The notes beneath the pieces were generated by a model. It did no database searches. It had not been told where the DNA came from and saw only the letters and a program-made list of their open reading frames with translations. A program made the translations under genes and the position numbers. A stretch of 60,568 bases of DNA from a virus (Duplodnaviria > Caudoviricetes), in the IMG/VR virus record IMGVR_UViG_3300030060_006589, positions 1-60,568 of that record, one strand, 5' to 3'. Below, piece after piece: positions 36,610 to 45,400 of this stretch. Positions within the stretch are counted from its first letter, which is position 1. Every line of letters starts with the position of its first letter.

Positions 36610-36892
36610 AAAACTAGAAGAAAAAGAAATCAAAGAACTTCAGGAATTAAACGCTGAAAAAAATACACTAACTGTAAACTTCGGAAGATTAAAAACAGAC
36701 ATGATCTTAGTAGATGCTAAGATGAAAGAACTTATCAAGATGGAGGAAGATATGGTTGCTAAATTTAAAGGTAACGAAACCAAAGGTAAGAAGATGATGG
36801 AAAAAATGAATAAGAAGTATGGTGACGGAACAATTAATATAGACAACGGAACATTCACTCCGACAGCTAAAACAGAAGATGGGAAAAGCTAA
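36599..36892 (+). CDS. Coiled-coil hypothetical protein
   Basis: 97 aa ending KYGDGTINIDNGTFTP. Confidence 0.55.
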   Translation: MENKKLEEKEIKELQELNAEKNTLTVNFGRLKTDMILVDAKMKELIKMEEDMVAKFKGNETKGKKMMEKMNKKYGDGTINIDNGTFTPTAKTEDGKS

Positions 36893-37025
36893 TGCTAGAA
36901 ATAAAGCTAAAAGAAAAAAGCTAACAGAATTAACAGCACTACATAAGAAAATGAACAAGTGCAAAGATGAGTCTGATAAGAATAGTATTCGGATGAAAAT
37001 TAATTCAATAAAGTCTAAGCTGTAA
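36879..37025 (+). CDS. Small basic protein (48 aa)
   Basis: Not in the track. MGKANARNKAKRKKLTEL...; last plus-strand ORF of the arm. Confidence 0.45.
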   Translation: MGKANARNKAKRKKLTELTALHKKMNKCKDESDKNSIRMKINSIKSKL

Positions 37026-37052
37026 ACAATAAACCCATCGGAGAGATGGGCT
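37024..37052 (-). terminator. Intrinsic terminator where the two transcription arms converge
   Basis: Minus strand CCCATC-tctcc-GATGGG-TTTATTGTTT. Confidence 0.65.
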
Positions 37053-37153
37053 TATCGAAACTTAAAACTAAAACTATGTAAACACGAATGTGTAACACAC
37101 ACTCAATATACAAATATTTGTTCGGTTTTTCTAAATTTATTTAAGAAATTTTA

Positions 37154-37624
37154 TTAACAATCGTGATCGTAATAGGTTATAGTAACGTCTTCACCGTCTT
37201 TTATAGCTTGTGCTATCTCAGGATATATACGCATGTAAGCTCTTGTTGATGATCCTACAAAACCGTTCTTCTTGATTTGGTTATTTTCCTGGGAGTCCCC
37301 CACAAGTAAGCACCCAGCGGTGTCTTCATCAGTATTTCCACAATGAATAAGTATATACTCAAAACCAGGAACGTTAAGAACGTGAAGCATGCCAATATGA
37401 ATATCAGCAAAACGACCAGAATACTTTTTATGATACCCACCAACGGTTCTAAGACCAAGTTTATAGGTACCCGCAGGTATTCTAGTTTCTCCATATTCCT
37501 TAACGTCTCTTTGTTCATCCTCTAAAGTGTAGCATAAGAAGTTTCTCTTCTCGTCCTCTACAGAAAATAAAAGACCATTAGTAGAATCAGCTTCACTAGA
37601 GAACCTTATTACCTCAAGTTTCAT
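37154..37624 (-). CDS. DUF5675-family protein, probable endolysin
   Basis: CYTLED...TRIPAGTY...VPGFEYILIHCGN...DTAGCLLVG; the HxGN...GC motif is L,D-transpeptidase-like. Confidence 0.75.
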   Translation of the reverse strand: MKLEVIRFSSEADSTNGLLFSVEDEKRNFLCYTLEDEQRDVKEYGETRIPAGTYKLGLRTVGGYHKKYSGRFADIHIGMLHVLNVPGFEYILIHCGNTDEDTAGCLLVGDSQENNQIKKNGFVGSSTRAYMRIYPEIAQAIKDGEDVTITYYDHDC

Positions 37625-38038
37625 TTACGCAGATATGAATAACATATACTCTATAGTCATAGTAGTTGATACGCTTGGTTGAATTTTGATATCGTTTGTA
37701 TCAGCAGTAGCACCCCAAGGTATAAACATCCAGTCTCCAGCGTATAGTCTACCTATACCCTCAGAATTAATTTCAACAGTTACATATTCTGATCTAGTTG
37801 TAGAACAGTTTTTAATATAAACTTTGTGAGCTTTATTAGCTCCATAAGTTGTAGATGGTGTACCATCAAAAAGTACATATTGAGAAGCAGAAGTAGTTGT
37901 TTTTCTAGATAATCCTTCAGTTTGAGTAATACCTGTTGTTGTTCCAGCATCATACAAAGTAGCTGTCGTAGTTAAACTCAAAGAATCTGTTAATAGATCA
38001 CTAGACGATAACGTAATTTGTGCAGTTGTTGTTGCCAT
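37625..38038 (-). CDS. Virion-type hypothetical protein
   Basis: 137 aa, Thr-rich, with VYIKN...LYAGDWMFIPW. TATATTTG lies upstream at 38074-38081. Confidence 0.5.
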   Translation of the reverse strand: MATTTAQITLSSSDLLTDSLSLTTTATLYDAGTTTGITQTEGLSRKTTTSASQYVLFDGTPSTTYGANKAHKVYIKNCSTTRSEYVTVEINSEGIGRLYAGDWMFIPWGATADTNDIKIQPSVSTTMTIEYMLFISA

Positions 38039-38087
38039 TTATTTTTATTTTAAATTGTTAACTAATTTTTTACCAAATATAATCATT

Positions 38088-38270
38088 TTATATCTCAAAA
38101 CCAAAGTTAAGGATCATAAATCTAAATCTTTTGCAGCTACCTTTTTTGTTCTCGCAAACTAAGCAGGGGCAAAACATTAACTCAAATACAGTAAGTGTAC
38201 TTATTCTGAATGTTAATTCGTATTTATCTTTTTTATTTCCTGATGTCCAGGAGTTAATCCAATTAATCAT
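38088..38270 (-). CDS. Hypothetical protein
   Basis: 60 aa ORF in the minus-strand operon. Confidence 0.5.
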   Translation of the reverse strand: MINWINSWTSGNKKDKYELTFRISTLTVFELMFCPCLVCENKKGSCKRFRFMILNFGFEI

Positions 38271-38291
38271 ATTATTTGTTTTTAATTATTA

Positions 38292-38726
38292 CTAGTCTCC
38301 AAAAGGAACGTCTTCATTCAAATCAGATGCCTCTTGTTCTACCTTTTTTTTAACCTTTTTACCACCATTGTACTCAACAGCGTGACCTTCACTAACTAAT
38401 GTTTCATTAACATTAATGGGTAAATCTAAGTTGTCAGGATATACAGTTAGAACCCCTAATACCCTACCATATTTACCAACCTCTTTACTTTCTACAACTA
38501 AACTACCTTGATCTAAAATCTCATTCAATCTATACTTTGCTGCCAAACCTCTTTTCTTTTCTTCTAAGTCTCTAGTTCTAGACTCTGGAGTATCTATCCC
38601 CGCTAATCTAACTCTTTTATGAACAGTGATATCAAAACCTAGATCTATATTAACATCTATGGTGTCTCCATCGACCACCCTGTCTAATTTTGCTTTATAA
38701 GTATACATATTAGTTGAATTTTGCAA
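38292..38726 (-). CDS. Thermonuclease (SNase-like)
   Basis: RVVDGDTID...VRLAGIDTPE...GKYGRVLG...LVSEGHA. Confidence 0.88.
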   Translation of the reverse strand: MQNSTNMYTYKAKLDRVVDGDTIDVNIDLGFDITVHKRVRLAGIDTPESRTRDLEEKKRGLAAKYRLNEILDQGSLVVESKEVGKYGRVLGVLTVYPDNLDLPINVNETLVSEGHAVEYNGGKKVKKKVEQEASDLNEDVPFGD

Positions 38727-39102
38727 GCATAATATTGTCTATGCTTTTTTGAACTTTCTTTTTGTCAGCGTCTAATTGAAACATTATATTGGCTTTGAAC
38801 CTTTCCTTTTCATCACCGCTTTCAAATATTATGACTGTGGGTATGCAAGTTATATTATACTCCTTCTGAAGATTAGGATACTTACCTATATCAACTCTGT
38901 ACTTTGAGCAGTCACTTAAACTAGATAGATCCGCAAACTCATTAGAAGAGTTCCAGTCTACCCAAAATTCTACAGCTACAATGTCTTTAGCTATTTTATC
39001 ATTAAAGTTGTCAGAATTTATAAACTCTTGACCTGAAGCTTTAGAGCCAATAATAAGGACTAATATAAATATTAGTAATAATTTTAAATCCATATATTTC
39101 AT
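38710..39102 (-). CDS. Exported thioredoxin-fold protein lacking CxxC
   Basis: Signal peptide then Q. VAVEFWVDWN replaces WCxxC, and YRVDI...YNITCIPTVIIF keeps the cis-Pro loop. Confidence 0.7.
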   Translation of the reverse strand: MKYMDLKLLLIFILVLIIGSKASGQEFINSDNFNDKIAKDIVAVEFWVDWNSSNEFADLSSLSDCSKYRVDIGKYPNLQKEYNITCIPTVIIFESGDEKERFKANIMFQLDADKKKVQKSIDNIMLAKFN

Positions 39103-39380
39103 TGTAGTCTATCTATTTTATCTCTAAGGTACTTCATGTCCTCTTTTATTTCTTTAACATCTTCCTGAGTTGAATAAATTGAGGCTCTTATATTTTCGTC
39201 CTTCATTTTGAACTCCATTTGAGTAACCTCTGGATCAGGTGGAACAGGTAGAAGTTTAGCTTCTTCAATATCAGCTTGTAGTGTAAACCACATACCAACT
39301 AATGTAGCTATTAAAAATCCTATACCGCCTAATGTTTTTAGACTAACCTCAAATTTAGAATCTTCAGATATTTCTTTCAT
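39099..39380 (-). CDS. Single-pass membrane protein with a C-terminal coiled coil
   Basis: LGGIGFLIATLVGMWFTL followed by heptad repeats. Confidence 0.6.
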   Translation of the reverse strand: MKEISEDSKFEVSLKTLGGIGFLIATLVGMWFTLQADIEEAKLLPVPPDPEVTQMEFKMKDENIRASIYSTQEDVKEIKEDMKYLRDKIDRLQ

Positions 39381-39382
39381 GA

Positions 39383-39667
39383 CTATTTCTTTTTTTTGTT
39401 AACTCTACATTTCCATTTTCTAAGTGCTAAAGCTTTTCTTGTTGGTTTCCCTTTTTTATCTTTCATGGGACCTTTCATTCCGCTCATTCTAGCACAAAAA
39501 GACTTACGTCTCTTAGCATCTTTACTTCCCCTCTTAACTTTACCAGTAACAGGAGCCGCTAATTTACTTCCAGGGTTTTCTCTTTTGTAAGAGTCTCTAC
39601 CCTTTTTATTTAATCCTCCAGTAGGATTCTTACCCTCCTTTCTTTTCCATGCAGCTGACTTCGCCAT
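39383..39667 (-). CDS. Small basic conserved phage protein (DUF6321-like)
   Basis: AWKRKEGKNPTGGLN...RRKSFCARM...ALRKWKC. Confidence 0.7.
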   Translation of the reverse strand: MAKSAAWKRKEGKNPTGGLNKKGRDSYKRENPGSKLAAPVTGKVKRGSKDAKRRKSFCARMSGMKGPMKDKKGKPTRKALALRKWKCRVNKKKK

Positions 39668-39668
39668 A

Positions 39669-39965
39669 TTATTTTCCTACCTTTTTCATAGCTATACTAT
39701 GAGCCTCATCAAATGTCTTTCCACTTTGCATAAGCTCAATCATCATTTTCATATGTTCATCACTGTGATGCTCTTTATGGTTTTCTAGTTTTTTCTTTTG
39801 ACTATCTGTCAACTCTCTTTTTTTCTTATTGAGCTTCATTCCCTTTTCACCTTTAGGGAATCCCCTTTTCATATCATCGTAAGCTTCTGGACTTATTGTA
39901 GAATCTTTTTTAGATCTACTCGTTCCAGCTTTTTTTCTCCTATTTATGTTAGCATACAAACTCAT
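39669..39965 (-). CDS. Small basic phage protein
   Basis: SLYANINRRKKAG segment fused to a His-rich HKEHHSDEHM...EAH segment. Confidence 0.6.
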   Translation of the reverse strand: MSLYANINRRKKAGTSRSKKDSTISPEAYDDMKRGFPKGEKGMKLNKKKRELTDSQKKKLENHKEHHSDEHMKMMIELMQSGKTFDEAHSIAMKKVGK

Positions 39966-40174
39966 TTCTTAGCAAATTTTTCTACGCCACTGATCCCAAA
40001 ACAACCCAATACACACCAGACGAAGCTGTCGTATACGAATTTATTTATGACAAGATCTTTTCCAACCCAGCCAGTAACTAGATCAGCGACCATTATTATA
40101 CACATTATTATAAAAGCTATAAAACCAACTATAGCCTTCTCATTCCAATCATTATTGTTTTTGAATATGTTCAT
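39962..40174 (-). CDS. Two-TM membrane protein, possible holin
   Basis: Two hydrophobic helices and a C-terminal GCFGISGVEKFAKK. Confidence 0.55.
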   Translation of the reverse strand: MNIFKNNNDWNEKAIVGFIAFIIMCIIMVADLVTGWVGKDLVINKFVYDSFVWCVLGCFGISGVEKFAKK

Positions 40175-40737
40175 TATTCCATAAATTTAGGTCGACCCGC
40201 TTCTCCCTCGGCACCTGTCATTATTTCTCCCTTCCTTCCTTTTTCCTGCATTTCCCTGCTATACATTTCTTTCAGCATCGCTTCAAACTGATTAGGATAT
40301 TGTCTCGCAAAATTATCCATACTTTCCATGTACATTATCAACTCTCTTTGTTTTTGATCTGCTCCTTGCTCTGCTGCCTCTTCCATTCTGTTTTCTTTAG
40401 CCATCTCTTCATCATCTGTCTCCTTCAATCTTGACTCTCCTATTGGCATTTCTGATCCCACCTGAGGAATTGTTTTCTTTTTTAATGGTACTCCTCCGTC
40501 TTCATACTGCTGTGCCCCTGAGTAGCTTCTAGATCTAAAAACTGGAGATGCAGGTGGTGCACCTTCAAATTGAAATCTTTCACCTCCTCCTCCACCAGAA
40601 CCAGAACCAGAACTAGAACCAGAATCATCATCACTACCAAATAAAAGATCATCTATGAAACCAATTACTCCACCACCATTATATGTAGCAGGCTTTTTAT
40701 TAAGACCTCCGCCCATGTATTTTTTATTTATTTTCAT
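40174..40737 (-). CDS. Low-complexity protein with YxxGG motifs, possibly virion cargo
   Basis: KYMGGG, TYNGGG, QYEDGG and a Ser/Gly linker. Confidence 0.5.
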   Translation of the reverse strand: MKINKKYMGGGLNKKPATYNGGGVIGFIDDLLFGSDDDSGSSSGSGSGGGGGERFQFEGAPPASPVFRSRSYSGAQQYEDGGVPLKKKTIPQVGSEMPIGESRLKETDDEEMAKENRMEEAAEQGADQKQRELIMYMESMDNFARQYPNQFEAMLKEMYSREMQEKGRKGEIMTGAEGEAGRPKFME

Positions 40738-41402
40738 TTTATAAAGTATTTAATTTTACCATTTTCTATATATATATCTTCAGGCTTTCTAATAACTTGA
40801 CCTTGCAGATTGTATAATAATCCAGATCCTTTTGATTTGTCTAACACCTCTTCAATGCCTGAATTGCAAGGTAGACCACTATCACAATCTATATACTCAG
40901 TTATAAACTCTGTCTCTACTATCGTATCTGTAACATATATCTCAACATATTCTATAACATCTATAAACATAGTATCTAAAACATCTGCATACACAGTATC
41001 TGTTACATATATGTATTCTGTCTCTATTACCGTTTCTATTACTGTCTCTACTATCGTATCAGTCTCATATATATATTCATACTCAATTACAGGTATTTCT
41101 ACATATACTGTATCACAATCTTCTGATGGAGGTGGTCCACACTCTTCAGGAGAAGTAGGCTCTGTGTCTTGCTCATCGCTTCCATCAGCACAATCTTCCC
41201 ACCCATCGTTAAGATAAAAAAGTCCACCCTCTCCATTAGGAACACATCCATTAGGAGAATATTGAGTCCAGTTTGCTGGATCGTCTCCACAGAAAAAACC
41301 ATTTTGCTCTACACAATCTAAACACAGTTGTTGAAAGTCATAACCTTGAGAAAAGGAAAATGAGCTTATAAACGTAACAAATAAAAATATCAACCTATTC
41401 AT
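40734..41402 (-). CDS. Exported Cys-rich protein with an LDL-receptor class A-like motif and a T9SS-CTD-like C-terminus
   Basis: Signal peptide then Q, NDGWEDCADGSDE, DTV/DTI-rich acidic repeats, and GIEEV...LYNLQGQVI...IYIENGKIKYFIK. Confidence 0.65.
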   Translation of the reverse strand: MNRLIFLFVTFISSFSFSQGYDFQQLCLDCVEQNGFFCGDDPANWTQYSPNGCVPNGEGGLFYLNDGWEDCADGSDEQDTEPTSPEECGPPPSEDCDTVYVEIPVIEYEYIYETDTIVETVIETVIETEYIYVTDTVYADVLDTMFIDVIEYVEIYVTDTIVETEFITEYIDCDSGLPCNSGIEEVLDKSKGSGLLYNLQGQVIRKPEDIYIENGKIKYFIK

Positions 41403-41404
41403 AA

Positions 41405-42478
41405 TTAAAATATTAAATAATTAAAACCAAACTTCACTTCATATACTGGCTTCATCCAGTAACGCATGTGAGTTCCCTCTACAAACATTCCTAAGTGCTT
41501 AGTTACTCTAGATCCAAACACTAAACCAGCATCCCACTCTAAATTATCCCAATCTTCAACTCCATACTCAAAAGAATATTCATCTAAACCGTAATGAAAA
41601 GGCATGCAATTAGCCCAAACATGTAACCATAACTTATCTGTATACTTATAATATGCTAATCCTATAACAGCACTTAATTCTTTTTGAAGTCCAAGATTTT
41701 CTAATTCTCTTTCATTGTATGTTGCAACTGCATCTCCGAAGTAGTGGTTGAAGAACTCATCATTTGAGGTAGCTACTAAAACGGAGTCTCCACCACTAAC
41801 ATCGTACCAATTCTGGTTCACGTAAAAACCTTGAACCCATTGTTCTGGAGCATACCCAAAGTCTTGAGCCAGTTGTTGAAAACTAGACTCGCCAGGCACC
41901 CAGAAGTCTTCTATAGGGGTAACACCATATACTGGATGTAAACGAAAGACTCCACCTAATGTAAAGTCCCAATTACCTTTATTTATTCTAAACCTAGTAT
42001 CAAACGATGCATATCGTAAGTTAACTCTCTGATTGTCAGTGAATTGAGCTTTTGTAACGCAACTATTACCTAAGTATCTTAACCATAGTTTTTGATCAAC
42101 AAATTTCTCACCTCTATTTCTTATAAAAGAAAAGTTAAGTAAATATTCCCATCCTACAGCGTTACCTAAAGTAACATTGTCAGCTACAGCTTTTTCAGTT
42201 CCGTAATACCAAGTCTTCACTTTATACTCATAATCAAATCTAGCAATTTTTCTGAGTCCTACGGTTAAATTATAATCATAAGGGTGAACAGTAGTAACAT
42301 CTTCATAACCTTTATCTTGAGCTGTGTAGTCTCCCCTTTCAGTAAAAGAGGTATTCATAGTCATTGAAGTGTAGAAAGTTGAGTATTTAAAAAAGTCTCC
42401 CTGACCGAAAGCGGTAGAAACACAAAATACTACAATCATCATTATTATGTATAATATTTTACTTATATCTTTTTTCAT
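41405..42478 (-). CDS. Probable outer-membrane beta-barrel protein
   Basis: Signal peptide then Q, many alternating amphipathic aromatic-rich strands, and a C-terminal YEVKFGFNYLIF resembling a BAM beta-signal. Confidence 0.65.
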   Translation of the reverse strand: MKKDISKILYIIMMIVVFCVSTAFGQGDFFKYSTFYTSMTMNTSFTERGDYTAQDKGYEDVTTVHPYDYNLTVGLRKIARFDYEYKVKTWYYGTEKAVADNVTLGNAVGWEYLLNFSFIRNRGEKFVDQKLWLRYLGNSCVTKAQFTDNQRVNLRYASFDTRFRINKGNWDFTLGGVFRLHPVYGVTPIEDFWVPGESSFQQLAQDFGYAPEQWVQGFYVNQNWYDVSGGDSVLVATSNDEFFNHYFGDAVATYNERELENLGLQKELSAVIGLAYYKYTDKLWLHVWANCMPFHYGLDEYSFEYGVEDWDNLEWDAGLVFGSRVTKHLGMFVEGTHMRYWMKPVYEVKFGFNYLIF

Positions 42479-42499
42479 TATGTAAATATAGTTATTTTT

Positions 42500-45400
42500 T
42501 TAATTATTACCTCTAATACGTTTTAATTTTTCTTCATCAGCTGCTGACCACATTCTCATCATATACAGAACTTCTGGGTTTTCCATTATATTTTCTATAT
42601 ATTCAGGATCTTCTTTTTCATATCTTTTTCCATTACTATCTCTACCTTCCAATGTGTGTCTCAAGTCTGTCTGCTGCTGTTCATTTAATCCTGTTTTACC
42701 ATTTTTTAACATCCACATCATATAAGCTGCTGTCATTGGGTTTCCTTGTTTATAATCTGTAATAGCTTGCTGCACATCAGAACTAGCTGTTGAGTAATTC
42801 CAATTCATAATAACCATTCTATTTATTCTCTTTTTTATTTCTCCCCTATTCCACATCAGGTCATCTATTACCTCATCTTCTCCAAGTCTACCACGCAGCT
42901 CCTCCTCTACCTTATTTATTATTTCGTTTGATCTAGAAAGGAACATTTCCGCAGGGTCAAGATATCCATCCCCATCTAAATCTGAAAGACGCATAGTTTT
43001 ACCCTCAGAATCTATCCATTCATTTGTGTCAGGATCTTGTCTTACATTCATTTCTTTCATAACAGCATCATAAGAAAGTTTTAAATTGGCTTGGAACCTC
43101 TCTTCTGTTTTTCTTACATGATCCGCTTCAGATTGTAGTTTTGACTTTTTGTTTCTAAGAAGGTCAATGTCCCCAACATATCTTTTTGTTGCTGGACCTA
43201 AAAAGTCATTCATAAATAAATTCATTTGATTACCATACTTCTCCTTTTCAGTGTCACTTAATCCTCCTTGACTAGCCACATACATATGGTTAATAGCGGC
43301 ATACCAGGGGTTTCTATCCATATTAGTAAATAAAGATCCTAAAGCTGACTTTGTAGTTGTAACTGGAATACCACCCTCAGCTAATCCTATTTTGTCAAAC
43401 CCTTTAGAAATATCTTTTAAAATTCTATCTTCATATGAATCAGACAACCCTCTGTATTGATTGTAACCATTTTCTGCTTCAAATTTATCTGACCAAACAG
43501 GTTTATTGTAGAAAGCATCATAGTTCCATAAAACTTTTGCAGTTGCATTTAAAAGAGGATTTGAAGCCATTAAATCTCTAGGATTACCAGCACCAGTAGG
43601 TATAGCTTTCTGTAGTATTCTACCGTAAGAATTTTTATCCTCACCTCTACCCCAAGGAGTATATGAGAAAACATCTTTTCCTAAATTTCTAAAATCTGAC
43701 CCCGTTACATGTTTAAACATCATGTCTTCAGTTATAGCTCTAAACACATTCATTCTAGCATCACTAGGTATTTTAAAGTATCTAGGAGTTATAATTTTAT
43801 TGTCAGATAACTGTTCTTTTATTTCAGCTATTCTAGCATCTCTTTCTGGACCTACCTCCATGCTTTTAGCTATTCTAAGTTGATCTTGTAAAGCTGTTTC
43901 TTTTTCTTGACTAATTATATCTGTAACCTTACCAGGTAGTATTACGCAGTGGTAATTCTCTAAGTCATAATCATTTATATGATTAATAAAATATCTTCTA
44001 TTTTCGTATAACTTTTGTCTTATTTCCTTTTCTGACTCAGTATCACCATTAGCTATAGCTTGATTTAAATTCTCTTGTAATCTCTCTTCTTCATCTTCAT
44101 CTAATATATCAAAATACTGTAAGTTATAAGCCATAAGACCAGCTCCAAATGTAAGAGCCCATTGTGCTGTATCCCAAGCAAATTGAGCGGGGTTTTCAGA
44201 AACATATCTAACACTCTTGTCTAACACCTGTGACGCAGCATTAAGATAAGCAAAACCCATAGCGTCAACAGCCTTGATAGCAGTTCCTCCATTATTAAAG
44301 TTAGCGTAATCAACAGCGTTAGCTACAGCTCTTTTCTTGATAGCTATAAGATCTTCTCCTGTAGGCTCTTGACCATCATTCTTATCTTTGTATTCTTGTA
44401 CATATTTTTTAGTCCATCTTTTGTAATTAGCTAATCTACCTGTCATCTCAGATGTTGAGTTTGGAGCAGAAATAAATCTTTTAAATATATCCCAACCACT
44501 CTTAGTGTTAGGATTTACATAAGGAGCCTCATCTCCATACAAACTATTCACCTGTTCTCTTGCAGCTTGTTGTCTAGCGTCAAACTCAGGGAGTTTATTT
44601 GCGGGATCTGCCATTATTTCTCTAACTCTCTTTTCTAATTGAACCTCATCAATAGCTGTATCTTCTACATAATCCATCAAACCGTATCTCGTCATAAACT
44701 CTAAAGATCCTCCAAGCATCTTATACTCTTGACTAAGTGGACCGTTTGTTGCTGCATCTATCATAACAGACAGCCAGTCTTTTCCTGCTACCGCAAATTT
44801 TGTAGCTAAAGTTGATCCATACCACTTACCATTATAAGTGTCTGTAAATATAACTTGTTGAGCGAAGTCGTAGAAAATATTAGCAATAAAAAATGCAGGA
44901 GCACCAACACCAGTAGCAAACACCTTAAGTATACTTCCAGCACGCCTAAGAGGACTAAGAGCTTTTCTTGCCCACCCAGATGTAGGAATCCCGTCTCTAG
45001 GATTAGCAAATAAGCTTTTATAAGCAGCATTTTTCATAGCAAATCTTATATTCTTTCCATTCTCACTGTAGCTCATTTCAATGTGACCATCTGCAACTTG
45101 CTCACCATCTTTTAATATGTAGCCAATATCTTCACCTTTAAGCTTTAGTCCATTTATATATTCAAAACCCTGACTAGCTATAGCAGATATCATATTGTAT
45201 ATACCTTTTCTAACTTCATTTTCAGCTCTTAATTTAGCTCCTATAGCTAATGTATTCTGAAGAAGCTTAACAGGATCCATATATAAAACTTGATCACTAC
45301 CCTGCTTTAAGGTTTTTATAGGAGACTGCATATGATCTCCCTTCTCAGATCTTCCTGACCTTCTTTGACTAATTATATCTCTCTCAGCGAATATTACATG

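Noticed and set aside
42957-42985. SDLDGD in the giant protein as an RNA polymerase catalytic motif
   Set aside because: The context DLDGDGYLD fits an EF-hand-like Ca-binding loop. It is about 155 aa from the C-terminus in a helical region with no double-psi barrel context.
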